Shown piece by piece: positions 28,910 to 39,447 of a stretch of 64,000 bases of DNA. The stretch is from Gracilinanus agilis. Its lineage: Eukaryota. The position numbers were made by a program, and so were the translations under genes. A model generated the notes under the pieces. That model ran no database searches and was not told where the DNA came from. It saw only the letters and a list, made by a program, of their open reading frames with translations. Within the stretch, counting starts at the first letter, position 1; each line of letters opens with the position of its first letter. The stretch spans positions 276,390,426 to 276,454,425 of the forward strand of contig NC_058135.1 in assembly GCF_016433145.1 (NCBI RefSeq), given 5' to 3'.

Positions 28910-29785
28910 TGTTATGTTTGTAATAACAGAAATATTAGGGAAGCTGGTAGTTTGGCCAGGGACAGATGTCTGCAAGACACTCTCCTCCCACACAGACAGG
29001 CTTGAGTGAGTAGGGAGGGGGTTATGTACTCCTTGCTCTCAAACCCCTCCCCCCAAGCAGTTGGTTTCAGTTGATGATGGAGACAGGGCTGAGGATCTTC
29101 AAGCAAGATTCAGTAGAGGCTAATCTTTAATGACATTCCCTTTCTTTAACTTATATACCCCACAGGCCTAATTGAGGACTGAGTAGTAGCTAGTTATCCT
29201 AATGTTGAGGACTAAGATGGGACTTGACTTCTCAGGCTGGCAACTGATAGGATTCAAGCTTAATGGCAACAGTGAGCAGTGAGTATCCTCAAATAATTCC
29301 TAGGCACAGATATTGAAGATAAAGCTTATATACTGATAAAGAAAGAAAGGGGAAGGCAAGAGGGGATAATTAGGATTTGGGAAGCCCTGGACTGTCAGGT
29401 TGAAGCTGCCTCTTCCCCCCCACCTCCCAGGAGGGAGTGTCAGACCTTAGCTAAGCTGCTCTCTAGGCTGATAGTAATTACTTCAAAATGTCTATATAAC
29501 TAAATAATTATTATATTGATGCTAGAAAGGACTAATCCTACTAGACAGGCTAACTCCTAAGTAGAAACCACAATGGCTTTTGCCACTATGGCCTCCCAGG
29601 TGAACCCCCAAGTCAAGAGCAGCAAGCAGTAAAATATGTTCCCCTCAACACTCAGGAAACAACTGTTTAACTAACTCTCAACTGCCCCCTCACCCAAAGT
29701 TCTCAAGGGGGGGTCCCCTGGAATTCTGGGTGAGGCTTGACTCTGTATTTTGCAGGAATTCCATCCTACCATCTTCTACATTACA
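28910..29785 (-). mobile_element. 3' LTR of class I ERV (876 bp)
   Basis: Minus strand starts TGTAATG right after the polypurine tract and ends ACATAACA at the junction absent from copy B; tatataag (rc 29325-29332) and attaaa signals. Confidence 0.85.
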
Positions 29786-29803
29786 ATAATCCCCCCTTTT
29801 CTA
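29786..29803 (-). other. Polypurine tract of the ERV
   Basis: Minus strand agaaaaggggggattat immediately before TGTAA. Confidence 0.8.
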
Positions 29804-31205
29804 GTAGAAATTTCCACTGGAAATTCTGCAGGCTTAAGATATTTCAGCACAGTTTACCCTCTCTTTGCTATAACTAAGCAACTTCCTAAACAATGTCTTT
29901 TGCCTAACCCCTTAATAGTCTTGCCAGTGCTATGGCTTATTTTACTACCTACCCATATCTAAGGAGGGAAAAATGAAAGCTTAAACAAGGGAAAAAACAT
30001 GTTTTGATATAAAATACAAGCATCATAACAAATGTTACAGAGTAACACAAGCAGAAAATCAAATCTCAACAATTATAAGTTGCAATCACTATATCTAAAG
30101 CATGCAATGTAAACATCTTTGAAACACATTCAAAGCAAAATTGTAAAGCCCTACAGTGCTTCTTAACTTGTTCCTAACTCACAACAAAAAGAAACATGGT
30201 AAAACTCCATAAGCAAAGTGTTATAGAACTGTCTATACATTTAACTCTAAATTTTCATGTTAGTACCTTACTTAAGCTATGTTAATGTTATTAACGATTC
30301 TAAGTTCTAAATCGTTAGTATATTAATTTTATTTTGTTAGTTATAAGTATATGCAAAGCTATATACATCACTTATTCTCACAATATTGTCACTTTCCCTG
30401 ACTAACTAGTTCAAAAGTCCCTAAAGCTACCTATCCCTAAGCTATTAGTAACTATACTATGGGTTAGTAATTATAATACAGGCTATCCACAATGTTTATT
30501 TACAGATGGAAGTTACCTTGATGTCTATCAAATCAAAAAACAAATAATGGATCTTTTGATATGCTAGAGATCCTAGGATACCCTCCTATTATATACAGCT
30601 ATTCACATGTAATATGTACATATAATACATATATACAAAAGAGACTCTCATTTATCTACATGAGGTCTATGTCAAAAGGTAAACAATCAGTTTTGTGTTG
30701 TGTTCAGTGAACTAATGAGTACTGATGCATGCACATACTTACCCCTTACTGCACTAGTCTTCTGCCCTACTGGAGAACCACAATTCTCCTTGTGTAGCCT
30801 ATGTGGTATGGCATGCAAACTATCATGTGATGTCTCATTTGTGCAATGTGTGTTTATGACATGATATCATAGCCTTACGTATTTCTTCCTTCTAGTCCTC
30901 TTCCCACATTGTATTTAATGAAGATTACAAAACTCTTGTGATTGTCCATTCCTTCATGCCACCTCTGCTGTGAATTGTTACAGCTTGTAGCTTCTGTGTT
31001 CTTCATTTCTTCATCTGTACCGCATGCATACATGTCTGTTATCTATCATCTTGTTGGGTGGTTAACTTGTCACCTTCTTTATCAGGAACATTAGTCATTG
31101 TGATGCAATTGCGTTAACTTCCATTGTGTTGTTTTTGTGTTGCCAAAAAAAATTTTGCCGTTTGTTCTTGTTTTTTTCTTTTTTTTTTTTTAAATTTCAA
31201 GCAGT

Positions 31206-34200
31206 TTATTCCTCTTCACCAGTACATTCTGTTTGCTGTGGATCTGACAGTGCATTCATTTCATGTTGCTCTAAGTCAGTTGGTTCTTCATGGTGTTCTT
31301 CATGTACAGCATGTTCTTTTACAGGTTGCACATGTGTGATATCGAACCAGGGGTCTCTGTTCTCAACTTTTATGAATGTTGGACTAGTTAGTAGCACCTG
31401 GAAAGGCCCAACCCATTTAGGGTCTAGAACAGATTTTCTTGTAAAGTTCCTTATGTAGACCATGTCTCCCGGTTTAAGCTGATGTAAGCTAAAGTCTAAA
31501 GGAACTCTCTGAGTTAACAAGCCAAGTTTGTGCAATTCATCCAGTCTTTTCTTTAAAGCTTTTATATATCTATATAGCTGACATTCAGCTCCAAGGTGTG
31601 ACAAGAGAGCTGACTTCTGGGATGAACTATGCCATGGAGTGTGGCCATACAACAATTGATGTGGGGACAATCTTGTGTCACTACAGTGCTGATGTCTTAA
31701 ATAAAAAAGAACAATGGGGAGTGCTTGTACCCATTTCAGATGGCTTTCAGAATACACTTTTCCAATCAGAGTTTTAATTCTCTTATTGTAGACCTCAATT
31801 TGCCCTGAGGTTGACAGGTGACAGACTGAATGTAAACTTCTCTTTAAACCCAAGGTCGTATAAATCTCATACAAGATGTTTTGGGAAAAGTGTGATCCAT
31901 GGTCCGAAACAATTCTAGCTGGTACAGAAAATCTTGGAACTATCTCCCTCAGAAGTGTCTTCACCACAAAGTCCGAGTTGTTTTTCTTTACAGGGAACAC
32001 TTCTGGCCATCGAGTCAACCTGTCAACAATGACTAGGGTATATTTGTATCCTTGACAACTGGGCATTGATATATAATTCATCTGCAAGCACTCAAATGAG
32101 GTATATGCCAATTGTCTTCCTCCTGGTCCCTTAATTCTGGTCATGCCCTGAGTTATACTGCAAGCAAACCTTGCATTTCTGGCATGTTCTAAGTGCACAA
32201 ATGGATATGCCAGGAGCCATCCAGTGTCTTCAATTACTATCCACCAGGGATTGGGTCCCAATATAGCCTTTGGCATGCAATGCATTGCATAGTGTATTAT
32301 ATAAGGATCTTGGAAGAATGGGTTTGTCTCCACTAGAAAACCACACACCTCTCACTAATTTGGTCCTTAGATTTTCTACAGAAAATCTTCAGTGCTTCAC
32401 TTCCCTCAGGGAGTATGCCTGTTTTAGATCTGCTTCATCCACCAAGGAGAAATTCAGCACATGGATGGGACCAAATCAGGCACCATATTTGGCTATTATA
32501 TCTGCCCTCCTGTTTCCTAATGAGACTTCATGTACACTCTTTTGATGTGATTGGCAATGCATCACTGCCACTTCTTTAGGTAACTGGACAGTTTGCAGGA
32601 GTTGGTTTATAAGGCTCCCATAGCCTATTTCCTTCCCACCAGCAGTTATATATCCCTGATATTTCCAGATTTGGCCTGTACAATGGACTACATTAAAGGC
32701 ATATTTACTGTTGGTAAAAACTTTCAACCTTTGACCCTGACCAATTTCTAGAGCTCTGGTGAGACTCAGGATTTTGGCACCTTGAGCATTCATGGACTTT
32801 GGTAGAGCTGCATACCATAAAGTCTCATCTTAAGTTACTACAGCTGTACCTGTATACCGTTCCCCATATACCACAAACACAGAACCATCGGTAAACAAAG
32901 TCAGTTCTGGAGAGGCCAAAGGTATATCAGTCAGGTCATCTCTAGTTTTCTGAACTATGTCTAAGGTATCTGCACAGCTATGGATGGGTTCCCCTTCTAA
33001 AGGTAAGTCTGGCATTATTGTGGCTGGGTTGATCTCCTTACAATGATGGAAAGTTAGGTTCTCATTGCCCAGCAACACAATTTGATATTGGGATAAGCAC
33101 TGGCATGTAAATGCTTGCAGGTTGCTGTTTTTCAAGACGGTATCTATTTGATGAGGTGAGTACAGCATAATCCTGTATCCCAAAACCAAATCTGAAGATT
33201 TCTTAACCATTAGGGCAGCGGCTGCAATTATTCTCATACATGGTGGCATCCCCCTAGCCACAACATCTAGGTGGGAAGTGTAATAACTATTGGTCTGAAC
33301 TGATCCCCAAGAGTCTGCATCAATACAGCACTGGCTATTCCCTTGTCCTCATGCACAAACAGGTGAAACGGTTTTGCATGGTCAGGGATACGAAGTGCAG
33401 GATTTGACAACACAGCTGTTTTCAGTTTTTCTATTGCATGCTTGTGCTCCTGTGTCAGTTTTAATGGTTCTGAGACAGTGTTCCTAGTCAAGTCTGTCAG
33501 AGGTTTTGAGATCAGACTATAAGCAGGTATCCACTGCCTACAGTAACCTGTGATTCCTAATATTGAACGGAGCTGCTTCTTGGTCTTAGGCATACATAGC
33601 TTCTGTATATGTGCAACTCTCTTTTGGGAAATCCGTCTTATACCCTTCTCTAACATGAATTCGAGGTACTCCACTTGTGGCAAAACCCACTGTAGCTTGG
33701 CCTTCGAAATCTTGTCTCCCCTTTTGCATAGCTCTTGTAACAGATATTTGCTGTCCCTTTGACATACTCGAGCATTTGTTGACATTAGCAAAAGGTCATC
33801 AACATAATGCACTAGTTTACTCTCAGTGAATATGATTGACTCAAGATCTCTTTGCAGGATCTGGAAAAGATTTTTGCACTTTCTGAAAAACCCTGTGGAA
33901 TTCAGGTCCAACAGAGTTGCTTTCCCTCCCAGGAGAATGCAAAAATCTTCTGACTGGACTCATGCAGGGGTATAGTAAAATATGCACAGCACAGATCCAC
34001 GACTGTGAACCAGGCTGCATTACTTGGAATTTCGGCAATGATATTTGCCGGGTTAGGTACCACTGCATGTCCCTTCTTAATAAAGTTGTTTACTGCTCTC
34101 AGATCCTGCACAAAATGCCATTGTGTTTTGCCATTTGAATCTTTCTTTGGCTTTTTAATGCACATAATAGGTGTGTTGTACTTGGATGTAGTATAGACCG

Positions 34201-34900
34201 AAATGCCTTGTTCCAGGAGACTTTGGATAATGGGCCTGGTACCCTCTATGGCCTCTTTGCTTAACCTATACTGAGGGATTCTAGGTGGAGTGCCCTCTTT
34301 CACCTCAATCTTAACAGGGGTGGCAGATTTTAAAATTCCCACATAGGTTGAATGCTTAGCCCAAACTGCCTTTGGGATATCTTTTGGTATTTCAAAGATA
34401 CTCCCCATATGTTGTTCCTCCTCATCACCCTCCCCTTGCCCTAGGAATAGCAAGGGATGGTGCTTGAGTTACTGTTTGGATAAGTGTAGGAATATCTGGC
34501 TTGACTTATCACACTGGATAGTGGCACCGAATTTACAGAGAACATCCCTCCCCAGGAGGTTGGATGGGCATCCGGGTATCAACAAAAAGGAATGATCTAA
34601 AGTCATTGGGTCTATTTTCACCATCTTAGATCTTAGCTTGGGCATCAAATCCATCTGCCCAGTGGCTCCTTTTACTCTCACAGACCCCATTAGTGCACAA
34701 TTCTCTGGTGCTGATGTCAACACAGACCGGGTTGCTCTGGTGTCAATAAGAGCAGGATAGATTTGATCTCCTATTGTCACCATAACCAAGCATTCCCTGT
34801 CTTTAGCTGTCTGATCAACAGGTACCAAAGGTGTTTCTATCCCAATGTCCCCCAAATCCCATTGATCTTGTTCTAGGATTTCTTTCTGTGCTGGCTCAAG
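31206..34900 (-). pseudogene. pol: ERV pro-pol (protease, RT, RNase H, integrase), frameshifted
   Basis: LIDTRATRS (decayed DTG), FVQDLRAVN, WFTVVDL, YVDDLLL, LFTDGS, GNRRADI, integrase IVSDHGSHF and SGQIEVYNKRIK, GPF motif; YVDD and overall pattern are class I (gamma/epsilon-like). Confidence 0.93.
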
Positions 34901-37684
34901 ATTCTGTGAGTGTAATGATGGTCTCCTTCAAAAGTGGCTTTTTGGAGTGGCAGTGCCTGAGTTGGCATCCCTGGACTGTTCATGGACCTATCAGTGTCAA
35001 AGTGTATCTCAGTTTTCTCAGACCATGAGTAAGGTAGAGTGTCCTTCTCTTCACTGAACATGCTTTGCTTGACTTGTGCAAAGTTAGATTCAGGAGAGGT
35101 ATTCCTCTGCACTAAAGGAAATTCTTCAGAATTGGGAATGTGTTTTTGGTTCATGACTACATCCCATTCCTTTGAGTCTAAGCTTTCTTCTTTTATTTGT
35201 TTCCTAGACTCCATGTCAGTAATAGGAAACTTAACTGCAGATGTACTTTGCATAGGAAACAAAATCAGTGTTGTAGATTCTTTCTTTGTTCCTATTGGTG
35301 TCATTTTGTTTCTCTCTTGGCTACTGACATTTATGGAATTGAATTCCTTTAAATGCATTAACTCAGAATCTACTCCAAAGGCAGCTCTCTCTGGAGTATC
35401 ACAGGCTTGAAAGTGTGCTACATCTTTATGCACTTGACCCTGAAGTAGGCTTGGTACAAATTCCCTAGCTCCAGGATCCAGCTTTAAAGTTCCTTTAGTA
35501 TTGTAGCTACTAGACCTTCCACTTTCCCTTCCAGCTTCCCTAGTTGGTTATAGAGAAGAGGCTGTGCCTGTGTCTGAGAATTTAGCACTTTTCTTCTCAA
35601 TGGTCTGCAGGAGTCCATCTCCCTTGTTGACACTGTCTGTTTCCAAGAGATCCCCATTAGAACATCCGTCTATAATCATTGCCCTTGCTATTTGGCCTTG
35701 CTGTACATGTAAATGATCAACAGACTTACTATAGAATGGTTCTGTCCCCCCATAGTGAGAATCAAGGAATGCTACCTTCTTCAAGCTTTTATCAAGAACT
35801 TGTGCAGATGTGCCTGGTTTTCTGTCAGTGTACCCCATATCACTGTTTCCTTTCCCATAAATTCTCTCCTTAATTTCTATTATATCCTCCTCCATTTGCA
35901 ACTCCTCCTCAGTCATATCTTTGTAATTTCATGTTACATCCACCAACCCATAATTCATAATTTCTTCTGCACCTATTTTGTCTTTCCCACATTCCTCTGC
36001 CACATTATTGTCACTGCCCTTATCTGTTCTTGCAACAACTAAGGCTGCTTTCTCGGTTCATTTGGTAAAAGATCTGGCCCCTTGAGACAGATATTCCTCC
36101 ATCTTTGATAAACTAGAGGAATTACTAAATTTGGCACAGTCATGGTCACAACATCTGGCCTTTACTTTATCACTGTATCTTTTGTTGTCTCTGTTGTTGT
36201 TACTATTACTGTTGTTACTGTAACTTGAATTATAATAGGTGTTTCTCCTGTTGTTGCTATTATTACTCCTATTTCCAAAATTGATTTGGGACTTGAACCT
36301 ACAATTCCAAACTACGTGGCCAAGTTTTGAGCATAGGAAACAACACTTGACCGAGTTCTTTGCACCACTGGAAGATTGCCTAGGCCTACTCTGGCTCCTC
36401 TGATTGTTGGACATCAGAGCCATATTTTTAATCTCCTCTATTTCCCTAGACTTCTGAGCTCCTTTCAATTGCCTCTTGAACTCTGCAATATCCCTATTCT
36501 TTTCAGAGGTCTTTGATGGTTTGGTTCACTATCTCTGGATTCACAGACAAATGCAGCTATTTTCCTTAACTCCTCAATGGGCATGGTCTCCCATTGTGGA
36601 CAATGTAACTTGAAATATGACTGGATGTAATTCAGACTCCCCTTAACAAATTGCCTCCTGACATACTGAATGTTGTCTTCAGCAGTCATGTCTCTGAAAC
36701 CCAGGATAGTCTCACCAGCCTCTAATAACCTATCTGGATAAATACTTGAGTCTTCCTCCTCCCCCTGTCTTAATTTTTCAATGCGACCCCCATGCATTAG
36801 ATCTTCTTGCATGTAGCCTCATTGCTTCTGCTAAGTCCTCCCTGCACCTTCTAAGATAGATCATATTAGCATGAGAAGACAGCTATAAATCTTGATGATG
36901 TTCTGGCCATAAGGCAAGATTGGGGTTACTTCTAGTTTTGGCAATAAATTTTGCCTTTACACTAGGGGTAAACAACTGAGAGTAGCAATTCTACGTCCTC
37001 AAAATTTGGGTTGTATAGCCTCACTGCCTGTTTATATTCCTTTATTCATTTGTGTGGGTTGACATAGAACTGGAGGAACCTCCTTTTCAAAATTTCCAGA
37101 TTACCTCCTGTAAAAGGTTTGTAGCCTTTCACATGAATAATGCCTGCATCTGGTTGTACAATGGTTCTGTCAGTGATTGGAAGGATAGTTATAGGAGCTG
37201 CTTCAGCTCCTGCAACTTCTTTTTGTTCAGGATTCTCATCTTTAATATGTTGTTTTGTATTACTGCCCTTCTTTGTTGTGACAATATTCTCAATTATCTC
37301 TAGCTGCATTATCATTTTAGCATCCAAGTCCTTCCCTTCCGTGATCTGCCTGTTGATCTCAATTAAAGTTCTCCTGTGTTCCTCCATTTGCTCTAAAATT
37401 GGGTTTGTAATTTCAGCTTTTCCAAATGTAAATGCCAACACCTTTCTCAAAATCACAAGGGCCCCATAGAAAGTTGCAGTTATGGCTATCCCTGATGGTA
37501 CATAAGCCAAGACATCACCCACTGTTATTGTTAGCCACAAGTATGTATCATAAATTTCCATAATCTGCTTAAAGAACTGGGGAACTGTAATCAACCAAAA
37601 TGTGGCACAAGTCTACCAAATCCCATACATCAGGACCCCAGAGCACCCCAGTGAAACAACAGCCCTATTGATGAAGCTGGCCAT
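34873..37684 (-). pseudogene. gag: ERV gag, unusually long (~900 codons), with stops and frameshifts
   Basis: ATG in strong context at 37684; capsid-like YKPFT...LYNPNFEDVELLL, MHR-like KLRQGEEEDSSIYPDRLLEA, CCHC knuckle CFLCSKLGHVVWNC (36301-36342); the same frame continues to 34873. Confidence 0.8.
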
Positions 37685-37713
37685 ATTTATCACTTCCCAA
37701 CTAGTTTCTGGAG

Positions 37714-38649
37714 TAAACAGTTGTTTCCTGGCTGTTGAGGGGAATAGATCTTACTGCTTGCTGCTCTTCACTTAGGTGTTTACCTGGGAGGCCATAGGGG
37801 CAAAAGCCATTGTGGTTTCTACTCAGGAGCTAGCCTGTCTAGTAGGATTAGTCCTTTCTAGCATCAATATAATAATTATTTAGTTACATATAGACATTTT
37901 GAAGTAATTACTATCAGCATAGAGAGCAAGTTAGCTAAGGTCTGATACTCCTTCCTGGGGGGGTGGGGGGGGAAGAGGCAGCTTCAACCTGACAGTCCAG
38001 GACTTCCCATTTCTTATCCAAATCCTAATTACCCCCTCTTGCCTTCCCCTTTCTTTCTTTATCAATATATAAGCTTTATCTTCAATATCTGTGCCTAGGA
38101 ATTATTTGAGGATACTCACTGCTCACTGTTGCCATTAAGCTTAAATCCTATCAGTTGCCAGCCTGAGAAGTCAAGTCCCATCTTAGTCCTCAACATTAGG
38201 ATAACTAGCTACTACTCAGTCCTCAATTAGACCTGTGGGGAATATAAGTTAAAGAAAGGGAATGTCATTAAAGATTAGCCTCTACTGAATCTTGCTTGAA
38301 GATCCTCAGCCCTGTCTCCATCATCAACTGAAACCAACTGCTTGGGGGGAGGGGTTTGAGAGCAAGGAGTGCATAACCCCCTCCCTACTTATTCAAGCCT
38401 GTCTGTGTGGGAGGAGAGTGTCTTGGAGACATCTGTCCCTGGCCAAACTACCAGCTTCCCTAATATTTCTGTTATTACAAACATAACAGATACTCAGAAT
38501 GAAGAAGAATTGAAGCATCTCTCTCCCAGTAGTTAAATTTAACTTGATCATTTCTTCTATTCAGAGAACATATTCTGAGAATAAAAGGAAAAAACCTTAT
38601 TTGAGTACTTCCTCTTGTCCCCTCCTTTCTCTGGCTGTGTCCTGGCCTT
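37714..38649 (+). repeat. Inverted duplicate of 28749-29669 (most of the LTR plus ~160 bp host OR flank)
   Basis: Reverse complement match throughout; the same spurious peptide MLEDPQPCLHHQ... appears on opposite strands (28912-29106 minus, 38292-38486 plus). Confidence 0.95.
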
Positions 38650-38935
38650 TGTCATGTGGTTCTATTTTGAATCTGTTACCCTAAAAATTATGTTCCCCAG
38701 CAAAACTCTTATTCTCAGCATCCTACTCACTTCCTGTTTTATGTGCTAACATAGACAGGATATAAATAGGGGAGTTCCGTGTCTATATCGCTTTTTCCAA
38801 CCTGTTGGCAGCTTTGATAGAGTGGGCTTTTTGAGCAAGTAGAAAAAACTTGATCACATGGTTATATTTTGTCAGATAATAAACAATAAAAAATAATACT
38901 TGAAATATTGCATGTTAATTTAACTCCTACATTCA

Positions 38936-38954
38936 TGGTGACTAGAAGTGGGAT
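38936..38954 (+). other. Primer-binding site complementary to tRNA-Leu
   Basis: TGGTGACTAGAAGTGGGAT versus the Leu PBS TGGTGTCAGAAGTGGGAT of ERV-L-type elements; identical copy at 60396-60414. Confidence 0.7.
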
Positions 38955-39239
38955 TCAGAAACTCTTAATTCCCTCTGAGAAGATTAGTTTGAAAAGAAAC
39001 TAAGTTTCTCCTGCTATAGTTTTTTGGACCCCCCTCTAATAATTCCCCCAAGTATTCTCTTCAGAGCTTCTGCCTGTTGCTGCCACTCCTACTCCTCCTG
39101 CTGCTGTTGCTGCTGTTGTTGCTGCTGATGATTGAAGATGCTCTCTAGAGCTTTGGAAAGTATGAATCCTTTCCCTTACATTGCCAACAGCTGAATATTC
39201 GCTGCTTGCCTTGGAAGCCCAGGTGTGTTTCCCTTAGGC

Positions 39240-39447
39240 CAGGGGTAGGCAACCTTTTTGGCCATGAGAGCCATAAACAACACATTTTTTAAAATATAAT
39301 TTCTTGAGAGCCATACAGTGCTCACAGTGTGCACTCCTGTAATAGTGTCTGAAAAAAAAATTGACTTTATGGCTCCTGCAGAAAGAGCCATATCTGGCCC
39401 TCAAAAGAGCCAGATAAGGCTCAAGAGGCATATGTTGCTGACACCTG
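39240..39447. mobile_element. Non-autonomous hAT (Charlie-type) MITE, 208 bp
   Basis: TIRs CAGGGGTAGGCAAC / GTTGCTGACACCTG and perfect 8-bp TSD ccttaggc with central TA. Confidence 0.9.

Noticed and set aside
35039-37469. Plus-strand ORFs antisense to gag (35039-35410, 35713-36042, 37140-37469) as accessory genes
   Set aside because: Short, hydrophobic by complementarity to an A-rich strand, and no recognisable motif.
28749-38649. Reading the long inverted repeats as TIRs of a novel DNA transposon or foldback element carrying RT
   Set aside because: The arms consist of retroviral LTR plus host OR sequence, a PPT precedes the left arm, and no TSD flanks the pair; a rearranged provirus explains it.
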